A stretch of DNA of 64,000 nucleotides from a phage. The notes under the pieces are model-generated. The model was given only the letters and a program-made list of their open reading frames with translations, ran no database searches and was not told where the DNA came from. The stretch lies in NCBI GenBank assembly GCA_033664045.1, contig GCA_033664045.1_3674.1. One strand, written 5' to 3'. Shown here piece after piece: positions 29,501 through 37,936 of this stretch (the first letter of the stretch is position 1; each line of letters begins with the position of its first letter). Position numbers and translations under genes: made by a program.

Positions 29501-32182
29501 CCTTACATCATCATGACCGTACTAAGATCGAACATGGACGGAACATCCATATCTATGCAGGTTCCGATAACAAACGGCTACAAGCGTGTTGTGATGATCA
29601 TTAAGTGCGACTTAATAGGTAAGCAAGTTCTTGCAGAAAACGGAACCTCAACACATTTATTTGAGACTGCTCTGCACTATCAGTTTGCTGATTCACCTTT
29701 TGCAGGGGATAAGAGAATATCAGATACAGACACTGCGCGGTGCAAAAAATTTATGCTTGGCGGCGGATGGTGGTGGTATGAATTTGATTTAACAGACAAA
29801 TTCACCGACACATCTAAAGTGGTGACAGGACTTCGTCTAGACCTGGGTGAGAACATGCATAAAAGTGTTTGTGATGGCACCTACGGTGATCCTACGGTAT
29901 ACTTGAAGTATGTCTCTTTTGAGCACCCTGAAGATGTTGTTTATGGTCCAAAACTGAGGCTGTTTGGCAATTGGATTGCTAAAGACAGAGAAGGGATGGG
30001 TAGGAAGGTAAGAGGCTTCTTGGTCGATGCTGGCACAGAGGATATGCTGGTGAATGCGGTGTGGCCTGAATTACCGGGAACTCAGTGGGACAATTCTGCT
30101 AAGTCTATAAACTGGTTCAATATCCACAGAGCTATGTGGGCAACTAACTGCTATCTGTGGAAAGAGTTGAATGACGGCGCTTTCGGGTTTACTGGTGGCA
30201 GAAGAATGGCAATCATTTGCTGGACAACGCTGCAGAGATGTTATGACCATGACTATGAGATTGGAGGCAGGGCATGGAAAAATATAAGGGATAGAATCAT
30301 AACTAACTTTGCAGATCCTAACGGTGGCGGGGCGTATGGTTTCGACTGCAGCAGGCTTATCCATTTGAACGGATCTTCGGCCTATAAGAAAGAAGGCTAC
30401 TCTGGGTCCATGATTGAATGGGGCTTGGTAAAAGATTCTCGTGTGTTGATGGGTCAGCAACTTGCTGCTGCAATAGGACCGAACGCAGTACAATCTGTTA
30501 AACCAGCATGGTTCGATATCCCATTATGGTCCTCTGGAACACCAGGAACTGCTGCAATCAACCCTACCACTGGGGATCTGGAAATCTCCTGGGAGGACCT
30601 GAAGCAGGTCGGTGGCTGGGATAAGACAGGGTACCAGGTGCAATGGTGGAGATCTGACGGATCGTTAGCGGCTGATGAGTTTGTTAGGGACAATTTCTAC
30701 ACTATGTCCTCTGCAAAAGCACAGCAATTATTTGGTCAGGCAACTCCGTCAACGATCACCATGTCTATGTGCTGTAAAGACAACAGGACTGGAGCTTTGG
30801 GACCAAGGGTTGCTAAGGTTTTCTCAGGTATTAAATGGAATCTTCCTGTTCAAAGTGTTGCATGGAAGCAAATAGGTGATAACAAGCTGCTGGTTACCCC
30901 TGCTTGTCAGTTCAACGCAACTCTTAACGTTGATCCTGCTGTTGCGGCAAACTCAGCTAAAGCTTCTGACTTCTCTGTGTCTAACGCTGCTATGGCAGAT
31001 GTGAGGAAGATTGACACACTGAACGCCAGAATTACCTGTAAAAACACTTATGGTACATTCCAGATCATCAACAACTTCACAGATACTGATTCTAAGGTAG
31101 TGAGGACAGCAAGCCAGACTCTGAGTTTAGGAACTCTGGCATACTCTGCCCTAATCACTGAACAGTCCTCTACCCTTCAGGGTGGGGGTGTTGGTAAGTT
31201 GATCACAACCCCTGTGTGGAAGCCAAATGAGTGGGTTGTATTCGATTTGACTGTGGACTTCTCCAGTGATAATAACTGGACATGGGTAAGGAATTGCTTG
31301 TCACAGTTGATGGGCGGTCCAAGCTCCATTAGCGATAGTCACGACTCTACTGACCCGAGCGTGTTCCAGGTGGGTAAAACTCACCCAGAGACTGGAGAAA
31401 CGTTGCCTGACAGGAAGTATGCTTTGGTTTGCATCTCCAACGGCAAGGCAGATGTCACATTCTCAGGCACACACGCTTATAACGGTACATATAACTTCTC
31501 AAGGAAGTATAGTCTCAAAGCAGGTAACATTATAGACGAGGTTGGTGTGCTGTATAATCCGGGCAACGGCATAGGGATTGTGGGCGGTAAACTGCAGATG
31601 CAGGAACCTTCTATCACCCCTTCCAACGTATCCGGGATTAGAAAGACTTGGGAAAGTAGTAATACCAACATTGCAACAGTGGATGCCACCACAGGGCTGG
31701 TAACATTTAAAGCTACTGGGAATGTCACCATAAAGTTTGTAGTTACAGATGATGCAGGCCGCAAAACGTCTTCAACATCGTTTACTGTCAGGCAGATGGC
31801 ACCTCAGTGGTTTATTTGGGAAGGAAATCCTCTTGACGGGGCTTATCCTAGACCTGCAGGAACGTCCAATATGAGGGTCTTTACCGGTCCGGTCATGAAC
31901 AATCCGACCACAACCACCAACCCTACATTTTTTGGTGCTTACATACCTGAAATTATTGGCCTACCAAGGAACCAGATACAACTGCTTTTCGGAGCAGGTG
32001 TTGATGGTCTAGCCACTTTTGGGTACAGTGACAACATTGATGCAGCCAGAAGCTCGGGTTGGATTGGATTTAAGTTTCAGTGGAACCCTGGTGGTAGAAC
32101 ATTAGGTGTTGCAAGCATAGGTGTTATGCTACCTGGTAACCAGCAATACCATCTCGAAGCTTATACAAACTTCCCTAGTTAA
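26555..32182 (+). CDS. giant tail-associated protein (1875 aa) with C-terminal Big_2-type Ig-like domain
   Basis: Uninterrupted ORF with RBS GGAGA; Trp/Gly/Asn-rich; Ig-like motif ...NIATVDATTGLVTFKATGNVTIKFVVTDDAGRK... near 31600-31790. Confidence 0.5.
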   Translation: MLPIPLLKLGRHFLDKRGGIKELAVLSYPIDNSDGTSTTVPYVNSLAILFDDGQLNITGYNRFGECRTGDLDTINYPNEAAWNVDHVWRADRAFVIRTFDNQFFYIGCTAGLIGSDAAGGNDVCVREWTPLPEQIVKGLHLDTHPERLVEVMGGINNTIWVIAEAEGTGILNLYGSGNNTYGSLHVDKNQHATPVKIGETSENPETGPWKNPSINCEVHDNSVIFGGPRGFWIAGYDFLRNNSRNDLVWPPVQITRNDLRGIPADEEWKGFMCGPNGAIIATQRMHKPNDQQLVNVFYGQDVWGDDTWRSLNITYTHEVIMARGYGTSGIFFNNGTKQYRGFSRNLCNDIGAQSANNSPRANFIHYQALATAKYVEQRLPVSWTESVYFQGIHREGFLGTFTVVNGKLWWSGIPRGSFAGSNNLFGGRLNSQGFTEVPENWYKNVPVDSWGVDDIFDVNGVSSVSNIYIGDTVKMKLKPQPEGATFIIDKIELVNAAGTVVTDANYQFSTNWNHGGANEVVVTQYNRNVNRRGLYSVKITYHDKHGTGRTHTTRTLNWNTIVPAYPSNGKWHTVGRNKQFHVNDTVYFGLNAAQPVVEGDTSYMVRLHRMDAGSVTYDVTQEIYDQRRTTYDNVVKTQALWEFNPNGRGGKMLQVNEQNGTSLTVHEHPDPWPDPGKPNSGARTLKIVSHDAGYFGIRWEATVRYADGTTNNIGITLGGTSEDNSLKIAYTPRGISIDNMDVVRNGYGDVNVKVTLGEHLGGERIIMYAFDHDPRTNGTYADQAWSYLISAPEPNTKEFYYGMKRDVCKKTGTHDWIAICVKDERTAWNEPVNRWFIGIPTRSDKYVEEYIVCMGGTNLNMCWNEDANNKYSDYDYMRDYSCNQWFNQPGYADRQARVNPAIFTDTQVFLTKQANEVQTFKNKYDPNKWFYNCYGAFFWGPGELPGGGSCFEAATYASDRFMGQVKKYKIIPGPETLGNAVDPYIIMTVLRSNMDGTSISMQVPITNGYKRVVMIIKCDLIGKQVLAENGTSTHLFETALHYQFADSPFAGDKRISDTDTARCKKFMLGGGWWWYEFDLTDKFTDTSKVVTGLRLDLGENMHKSVCDGTYGDPTVYLKYVSFEHPEDVVYGPKLRLFGNWIAKDREGMGRKVRGFLVDAGTEDMLVNAVWPELPGTQWDNSAKSINWFNIHRAMWATNCYLWKELNDGAFGFTGGRRMAIICWTTLQRCYDHDYEIGGRAWKNIRDRIITNFADPNGGGAYGFDCSRLIHLNGSSAYKKEGYSGSMIEWGLVKDSRVLMGQQLAAAIGPNAVQSVKPAWFDIPLWSSGTPGTAAINPTTGDLEISWEDLKQVGGWDKTGYQVQWWRSDGSLAADEFVRDNFYTMSSAKAQQLFGQATPSTITMSMCCKDNRTGALGPRVAKVFSGIKWNLPVQSVAWKQIGDNKLLVTPACQFNATLNVDPAVAANSAKASDFSVSNAAMADVRKIDTLNARITCKNTYGTFQIINNFTDTDSKVVRTASQTLSLGTLAYSALITEQSSTLQGGGVGKLITTPVWKPNEWVVFDLTVDFSSDNNWTWVRNCLSQLMGGPSSISDSHDSTDPSVFQVGKTHPETGETLPDRKYALVCISNGKADVTFSGTHAYNGTYNFSRKYSLKAGNIIDEVGVLYNPGNGIGIVGGKLQMQEPSITPSNVSGIRKTWESSNTNIATVDATTGLVTFKATGNVTIKFVVTDDAGRKTSSTSFTVRQMAPQWFIWEGNPLDGAYPRPAGTSNMRVFTGPVMNNPTTTTNPTFFGAYIPEIIGLPRNQIQLLFGAGVDGLATFGYSDNIDAARSSGWIGFKFQWNPGGRTLGVASIGVMLPGNQQYHLEAYTNFPS

Positions 32183-32194
32183 CAGGAGGAAAAT

Positions 32195-32224
32195 AAAAAG
32201 GGGCCAAACGGCCCCTTTCTTTTT
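32195..32224. terminator. bidirectional rho-independent terminator at the strand switch
   Basis: aaaaaggggccAAACggcccctttcttttt; A-run upstream and T-run downstream, between convergent stops at 32182 and 32229. Confidence 0.75.
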
Positions 32225-32228
32225 ATAA

Positions 32229-32429
32229 TTAGTAATATTCCCAACACGACCCATCTTCAGACGGCTGGACACGTTTACCTTCATGATCGACATAGGTGTA
32301 ACCACAGCCTTCACAGATAACAGGGGCCGCATAACCTTCCTTCCACTGGTCTTCTGTGATCAGTCCTTTCAGATCTCCGCAGTCACGACCAAACAACTCT
32401 TCAGAACAATCTTTGCAAAAATCAGCCAT
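32229..32429 (-). CDS. C4 zinc-ribbon protein (66 aa)
   Basis: CKDC...CEGC pairs; RBS GAGGA. Confidence 0.45.
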   Translation of the reverse strand: MADFCKDCSEELFGRDCGDLKGLITEDQWKEGYAAPVICEGCGYTYVDHEGKRVQPSEDGSCWEYY

Positions 32430-32432
32430 TTC

Positions 32433-32840
32433 TCAGTCCTCGTATTTAACAAATTTTTCTACAGATCCACCAAGCACAGCTTGTTGTTTGATGGCACTTT
32501 CTTCATCATAGTGGATAGACTTATGTTCCGTACCTCCAAACTTACCTGTGTGGAAGGTGTGCACCCAAATCTCTTTAGGAAGGGATTTATTCTCTTCCTC
32601 CACCAACTCCCACATACCCCACAGGTGGTCTGTAATATCTTTGATGAAATATCCCTCACCAAGATTTGTATTCACACTATAGGCCGATTCGTGATCTCCG
32701 CAAATATAACGGAAGGCAGTGTACTCTTTTCCTGGTGTGAAGTGGGTGTCCATTAGTATAGCTGTTAGAGAATAAGGATCTCGAAAACCTAAAAATTTTA
32801 GTTTGACAATTTCAACCTTTATATCTGCAAGACTATCCAT
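32433..32840 (-). CDS. hypothetical protein (135 aa)
   Basis: RBS GGAGGTG; lies downstream of the internal minus-strand promoter. Confidence 0.45.
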   Translation of the reverse strand: MDSLADIKVEIVKLKFLGFRDPYSLTAILMDTHFTPGKEYTAFRYICGDHESAYSVNTNLGEGYFIKDITDHLWGMWELVEEENKSLPKEIWVHTFHTGKFGGTEHKSIHYDEESAIKQQAVLGGSVEKFVKYED

Positions 32841-32876
32841 ACTGCACCTCCGGCTTGTTTGTTATCGATATGGAGA

Positions 32877-32905
32877 ATAATACTTCGCGAGGTGGAAGAT
32901 GTCAA
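32877..32905 (-). promoter_or_regulatory. near-consensus sigma70 promoter TTGACA-N17-TATTAT (minus strand)
   Basis: Plus-strand tgtcaa at about 32900-32905 and ataata at about 32877-32882; about 35 nt upstream of the start at 32840. Confidence 0.55.
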
Positions 32906-33009
32906 GATTAATTTTAAGCAATTTGAGAGGGTATTTTATTCAGGGGGGTAATCACATAGGGTATGGCAATTTATGAAGGCACAGGCCTCTTTTGAGGCCT
33001 TAAAATCGA

Positions 33010-33390
33010 TTATGACACTTTGACGTAGCGCTCTGACATAGCTGGAAAGCCAAAAGCAGTACCTATACTACCATATGCTACCCACCATTGAAGTTCATCG
33101 TGACACCATTTTCCGATCAGAAAGGTGCTGGGGTAGCGGGTCAGTATTTTGGCATAAGCTTTAGGGTCTGCATCCTCTGGGATAATGATACTTGGAACAT
33201 CTTTGTTATGACCACAGCAGCAGTTTAGAGTTTTCAATCCTGCCGCCCATAGACTCATGATAGGCTTAGCCATGCACTTATCAAGGCATACACGTTTTTT
33301 GCCGTCACGGAGCTTTTTAGGCACATCAACGATAACATTTTGATGCTTGGCACCTTTCACTTTCCAATTATAGGATTTACACTTGCACAT
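33010..33390 (-). CDS. Cys-rich hypothetical protein (126 aa)
   Basis: Multiple Cys clusters (CKCK, NCCCGH); RBS GGAGA. Confidence 0.45.
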   Translation of the reverse strand: MCKCKSYNWKVKGAKHQNVIVDVPKKLRDGKKRVCLDKCMAKPIMSLWAAGLKTLNCCCGHNKDVPSIIIPEDADPKAYAKILTRYPSTFLIGKWCHDELQWWVAYGSIGTAFGFPAMSERYVKVS

Positions 33391-33420
33391 TCAATCAGTC
33401 TCCATCTATAAAGCAATACT

Positions 33421-33591
33421 TTACTTAAAATCTTTGTCACCTATTACAATTGCACGAATCCACTCATTGTGATGTTCAATGGCGGTAAGGTGTAACATAA
33501 TGTAGTGATTGTCATTACTAAACACGGTGCGGTAAGCTTTAGCAGCACCATGATATAACTTCCACATCAGGTAATGATATCTTCGCCTCAT
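33421..33591 (-). CDS. small hypothetical protein (56 aa), translationally coupled
   Basis: Not in the ORF track (below its size cut-off); ATG overlaps the upstream stop as ATGA at 33588-33591. Confidence 0.3.
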   Translation of the reverse strand: MRRRYHYLMWKLYHGAAKAYRTVFSNDNHYIMLHLTAIEHHNEWIRAIVIGDKDFK

Positions 33592-34067
33592 GGCTCTTGC
33601 TCCGGTTCAGGGTCTGGGTAATCTTCAATAATAAAAGGCCATCCATTACGCTTTGCTTCAGACTTATACTTAATCTCCTTCATTGCAAACTCTAATTGAT
33701 TCTTAGCAGGAATGCAAGCCGGAGAATCATCCACCCAGATGTCGGGGTAGATATCGAACTGTGCCAAGTAGGCTGCCTTCTGCACACCTCCTGTATAGAA
33801 CACACCTACGTCCAACTCCTTGCGCCAATACTCAATGTCTACATTGTCTTGAGTGATGAATCGGAAAGTCACAAGGTATGGTGTCCACCCTTCCTTTTTC
33901 AAGTCCCTAATCAGGCGGGAGAAGATGAAAGGGCTCGCATTAAATGTCCCATCAAAGTCAATGGCAATGATGTGTGTTCCGTGGCGAGTCTCATATGGAT
34001 TGCTTGTGGTAAGATTGCTGTAGTTAAAAGGAACTTCTTCCCCGCAGTAGCTGTAGTCCATATTCAC
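33588..34067 (-). CDS. HAD-superfamily phosphatase/nucleotidase-like protein
   Basis: Motif I IAIDFDGTF and motif IV-like WVDDSP; start overlaps the upstream stop (ATGA). Confidence 0.5.
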   Translation of the reverse strand: MNMDYSYCGEEVPFNYSNLTTSNPYETRHGTHIIAIDFDGTFNASPFIFSRLIRDLKKEGWTPYLVTFRFITQDNVDIEYWRKELDVGVFYTGGVQKAAYLAQFDIYPDIWVDDSPACIPAKNQLEFAMKEIKYKSEAKRNGWPFIIEDYPDPEPEQEP

Positions 34068-34339
34068 ACCTTCTCGTTGATAAATTTACGGGCGGTTTGG
34101 TGAGTTGTTTCTGCTGTCTTCAGAATGATATTAATTTTATTGTCAAGATCATTCATCTCAGCAGTTAATTCAGGAATCTCTCCGGCATGCATGGTGAAAT
34201 CATACATAGACATACTCAGGATCTCATTGATTCGGCGGTTGCATTCTGCAGCACGCTGGTTCATTTTCCAAGCTAACACCAGAGCCTCTTGCGTAGCCTC
34301 CAGTGCAAAGTCTAATACGTCAGCTTCTTCTTTCGTCAT
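34064..34339 (-). CDS. hypothetical helical protein (91 aa)
   Basis: ORF with upstream RBS; no motif. Confidence 0.45.
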   Translation of the reverse strand: MTKEEADVLDFALEATQEALVLAWKMNQRAAECNRRINEILSMSMYDFTMHAGEIPELTAEMNDLDNKINIILKTAETTHQTARKFINEKV

Positions 34340-34394
34340 CTCAGTTTCTCTTGTTGTATTGTTGATAGGTGCATGAACACCTTATATCTCACTT

Positions 34395-34961
34395 TTATTC
34401 AAACTGTAATAGCAAGTCCACCACCGCACTAGGCCTGTCAACAAATTCCCCAGGCCCACATGCCCATAGAGGGTATCCATCAACATACCGCCATATCCAA
34501 CCTGCAGTGTGGAGCTCAAGCAGGGCAGTGCCGTCCTTACTGTCAACTACTCTTTCCCACAGTGTTGGGCAGCGAAGCTTGAGAATAGGATCACCACCCT
34601 TATACCCATCCATGTAGATACCCATTGCAAAGTTCAGCATCATCTTTTTGTGCACTGATCTCTTATTGAGGGTGCTCATCACTTCTTCTTTGTGAATGTT
34701 TGTAAGCTTCTCCCTGGCTACCCGCAGATCGTTGCAACCATTGTTCAGCAGATCTTCCAGGCACTTGATCCGAAGGTCGTGAATGTCTTTGTCGTGTACC
34801 GTTGGCACAGGGTCGTAGCGGTATAGCACTGTTGATACAAGGTTGCTAGGGTGTGGGTCTGACAGCAACCCATAGCCCCAATACTCTTCTGTATCTGAAA
34901 GGACAAGACACCCAATGTCTCTGTCAAGCTTTCCTGTGTTGTAAGCCACATTGACAGCCAT
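34395..34961 (-). CDS. hypothetical protein (188 aa)
   Basis: RBS GGAG; no motif. Confidence 0.45.
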   Translation of the reverse strand: MAVNVAYNTGKLDRDIGCLVLSDTEEYWGYGLLSDPHPSNLVSTVLYRYDPVPTVHDKDIHDLRIKCLEDLLNNGCNDLRVAREKLTNIHKEEVMSTLNKRSVHKKMMLNFAMGIYMDGYKGGDPILKLRCPTLWERVVDSKDGTALLELHTAGWIWRYVDGYPLWACGPGEFVDRPSAVVDLLLQFE

Positions 34962-34963
34962 GA

Positions 34964-35209
34964 CTATAGCTCCACTAGCAAAGTGCTTTCAAAGTGCCTC
35001 TCATGCAGACCGTTGTAAGGCACCACTTCCACAACGCCATCACGGACATATGGGGCCATCATGGTGGCATAATCTCCAAACGGGTTGGTATTGTCACTAA
35101 CCACAACCACCTTCTGTCCTTCCTTGGCAGAGTGCCAAATAGACCTGCACTTCATCAGGTGTTCGAGAGCTCCGGGTAAAATTTTGTTACGTTCTTTACG
35201 GGTCTTCAT
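34964..35209 (-). CDS. hypothetical protein (81 aa)
   Basis: ATGA overlap with the upstream gene. Confidence 0.4.
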   Translation of the reverse strand: MKTRKERNKILPGALEHLMKCRSIWHSAKEGQKVVVVSDNTNPFGDYATMMAPYVRDGVVEVVPYNGLHERHFESTLLVEL

Positions 35210-35655
35210 AACAGGTATAGCTCCTTATGAAAGTAGTCTTTTAATTTCTCACTGAGAAACTTCTTGATACCTTCCTCTAAAGTGTTTTCGATGTAGTCCA
35301 GCTTAACTGCTTCGATGGACATATCATAGATCGCCAGCTCTAAGCTGTCAAGTCCCATCATAGCATGAACCATAAGATTTTCATCTTCAGATACATTCAA
35401 GGGACTTCCTATAACATCTGTAGGTAGGATAGTCTCCCAATTATTCTGGGGAGTAGTTCTCCCGCCATCCACTTTCCGGCGCAGTTCGAAGGTGTTCTTA
35501 GTGTAGAACACTTCATAAGAAACGATACGACTGTCACTCTCATAATAAACGAAGTTCAGGTAGGAGCCTAGCCGCAGTCGGCAAACTTCTACCCCAAACC
35601 ATTGTTTCTTATAGGAATTCAGGCTAATGCTGTCGCATTCACGTTTGCTCAACAC
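35206..35655 (-). CDS. hypothetical protein (149 aa)
   Basis: GTG start preceded by AGGAGA. Confidence 0.45.
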   Translation of the reverse strand: MLSKRECDSISLNSYKKQWFGVEVCRLRLGSYLNFVYYESDSRIVSYEVFYTKNTFELRRKVDGGRTTPQNNWETILPTDVIGSPLNVSEDENLMVHAMMGLDSLELAIYDMSIEAVKLDYIENTLEEGIKKFLSEKLKDYFHKELYLL

Positions 35656-35671
35656 GGCTCTCTCCTTTTTG

Positions 35672-35905
35672 TTAATCTTCGTAAATCAGGATTTCTGCTT
35701 TAGGTTTTCGTGCTTTCAAGTCCAGCTCTATCCAGTGCACCATAGCTGTTTCAAGAAAAACAGCTTGGATGCATCCGTCCTCAGCGTGCCCCACCAACAT
35801 AACAAGATCTTCACATTCGTCATCTGCATCACGAACATACAGAATCTCCCCAGATTCAAAGTCTTTCACAACCTGATTGCTGGATAATTTACGAATTTTT
35901 GCCAT
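35672..35905 (-). CDS. small hypothetical protein (77 aa), possible member of a small-paralog family
   Basis: RBS GAGGG; weak resemblance to the two upstream small ORFs. Confidence 0.4.
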   Translation of the reverse strand: MAKIRKLSSNQVVKDFESGEILYVRDADDECEDLVMLVGHAEDGCIQAVFLETAMVHWIELDLKARKPKAEILIYED

Positions 35906-35906
35906 A

Positions 35907-36170
35907 TCAGAAACCCTCTAAAAAGCTCTTGTAGAAAATAATTTCAGTATCAACACCAGTCACGATCTTGTCGTTCCTGATTTCATCGGTAAGATAGGTG
36001 TCAAAACGCAGAACCTGTGTGGTATTGTCGCACATCCACTCAGCTGTGACCATGGCGAAAATCTTAGCATCTTCATTATCTGGTGTAAATGTTACCACCT
36101 CACCACATTTAAATTTTTCGATAGGTTGCGTGTTAGCTTTCGGTTCTGCAATAGTGATTTTCGTGGTCAT
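35907..36170 (-). CDS. small hypothetical protein (87 aa)
   Basis: TAATG overlap with the upstream gene. Confidence 0.4.
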   Translation of the reverse strand: MTTKITIAEPKANTQPIEKFKCGEVVTFTPDNEDAKIFAMVTAEWMCDNTTQVLRFDTYLTDEIRNDKIVTGVDTEIIFYKSFLEGF

Positions 36171-36427
36171 TACTCTTCCTCCATAGTTTCACCAAATACT
36201 TCGATACGAGCATCGAGCTCGGTTGCTTTCAGCTCCCCAACAAAGTATTTTAGTTCTTTCTCGTCCAGATCGTAAGCCCACACACAAGAAGAACATGCAG
36301 ATTTCACAATCAGCAGCGTAGATACACGACCTGACTCTGTGATCATGCTCACAATGGTTCCCACAGGGAACGTGTTGATAGCTTTTTTAACTGGGCGTTC
36401 AGCTTTAATTACTACCTCTGTTGCCAT
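36170..36427 (-). CDS. small hypothetical protein (85 aa)
   Basis: Track ORF trimmed to Met4, which has AGAGAGGATG upstream. Confidence 0.4.
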   Translation of the reverse strand: MATEVVIKAERPVKKAINTFPVGTIVSMITESGRVSTLLIVKSACSSCVWAYDLDEKELKYFVGELKATELDARIEVFGETMEEE

Positions 36428-36442
36428 AAATAACATCCTCTC

Positions 36443-37903
36443 TTACTTAGCGTACTCGATTAATTCCACAGTTTTCCCAAAGCTAGGGATATAATTTTTA
36501 TTATACCCTTCGGTGAGAACCCATAAAGTATCGTACTTTTTCCACTTGTTGTCAACAGCCTTTTGTTCAAAGTTATGCTCAAAGTATAGGTCGGTCAGGA
36601 CGATGACATCTTTTGCATTTGGTATGTTGGCATCCAGATACTCGAACACGCAAGCAGCTGTTGTGCCCCATGTTGAGTGGACCTCATAGTTGATCATCTC
36701 GTCTATGTTGCCGCGAGTATATACTTTAACCTCTCCGACTTCAGTTGACCAACAGAACATTGTAACCTTAAACTCTTTATACAGATTGCACAATCCGGTG
36801 ATTTCATTGAACATTTTCTTTAAAGTTCTTTGAGAGATCGAGCCAGAAACGTCTAAAGCTACCACAATATCTATGGTGTTTTCCGGATTACGACCAGGAA
36901 CAATAACGTGCTGGTTCTTGTTTATAGCCCCAACTTTTCGCATTGTGCTGGTCAAAGACCCAGATCGGCGACCAGGTTTTCTGTAGGTCAGTTCAGCCTT
37001 TCGTTTAGACAACATGCGTTGCTTAATGATGTCTATATAGTTGATTACAGGCTTGCCTCTGTTCTTGACAAACTCACGCACCGCCTCAGGGCAACGGCCT
37101 CCGGACGCTTGCATTGCTGCTTCCAGCATGTCACCAGAGTCTTGCATGGCCTGATCTTTATCAGATTGGCTGATTACAGGTTGTGGCTGATCATACCCCA
37201 TAGCCTTTCCAAGATCATCACTGGTACCACCGTTCCCACTCATGTGATCATCTGTTTGTCGCTTATCTCCTTGAGAGTTCTCACCTTTACCGCTCTTATT
37301 TTTACCGTTATTCTGATCTCTTTGCTTATCAAGAACTGCATAGACGTTCTCAGCAATCCATCCATGAAACCTCATGTCGCAGTAGCAGCTGGCTAAGAAA
37401 CCAAAAGGCTTACCTTTCACGAACGTAGTGCTTTTCCCCTTCGGGAAGAAAACACAAGGAGGCTTGCTAAAGTCAACCACAAGTCCTGTGTTGATAACGT
37501 GATCACAAGCAATATTGAACAGTTCCGGCTCAAAGCTTTTACCACGGACCAGGTGATCACAGATAATATGCCCCACCTCATGCGACAGAAGAAAGGCCAC
37601 CTCTTTCACAGATTTTGGGGAATAGAAAACTTCAGCCATCTCAAACTGCTCGTTAGTTAGAGAGGCCTTAAGAATAGCCTTGCGTTCATCAGCCAACCCC
37701 ATAATGAACTCAGGACTGTAATAGATACGTTTATGGTCGGTTGCCATGGTAGAGCACCATGTGTGGTTCTCTACGAACTGCAACCCTGACAGTAGTGTGC
37801 CATAAAACGGCAGCTTTTCAAGAAGATACATACGTGCAGCCTGCAACATTCTCAGGGCATCATCTTTCTGTGAGGCAATGATTTCTGAACTTCTGCTATC
37901 CAT
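36443..37903 (-). CDS. vWA-domain protein with N-terminal zincin-like metallopeptidase domain (DUF2201-like; CobT-like)
   Basis: HExxH in LLSHEVGHIICDH; MIDAS-type DxSxS in IVVALDVSGSIS; track start trimmed to the ATG after the upstream terminator hairpin. Confidence 0.7.
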   Translation of the reverse strand: MDSRSSEIIASQKDDALRMLQAARMYLLEKLPFYGTLLSGLQFVENHTWCSTMATDHKRIYYSPEFIMGLADERKAILKASLTNEQFEMAEVFYSPKSVKEVAFLLSHEVGHIICDHLVRGKSFEPELFNIACDHVINTGLVVDFSKPPCVFFPKGKSTTFVKGKPFGFLASCYCDMRFHGWIAENVYAVLDKQRDQNNGKNKSGKGENSQGDKRQTDDHMSGNGGTSDDLGKAMGYDQPQPVISQSDKDQAMQDSGDMLEAAMQASGGRCPEAVREFVKNRGKPVINYIDIIKQRMLSKRKAELTYRKPGRRSGSLTSTMRKVGAINKNQHVIVPGRNPENTIDIVVALDVSGSISQRTLKKMFNEITGLCNLYKEFKVTMFCWSTEVGEVKVYTRGNIDEMINYEVHSTWGTTAACVFEYLDANIPNAKDVIVLTDLYFEHNFEQKAVDNKWKKYDTLWVLTEGYNKNYIPSFGKTVELIEYAK

Positions 37904-37904
37904 T

Positions 37905-37931
37905 AAAACTCCAGAAGGGGCCAATGGCCCC
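37905..37931 (-). terminator. intergenic hairpin terminator (minus strand)
   Basis: ggggccaATggcccc palindrome directly after the stop at 37937-37939, followed on the minus strand by UUCUGGAGUUUU. Confidence 0.45.
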
Positions 37932-37936
37932 TGTCA

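Noticed and set aside
32975-33000. Hairpin aggcctcttttgaggcct as a terminator
   Set aside because: Not followed by a U-run on either strand; more likely an RNA-stability or processing hairpin, so not annotated.
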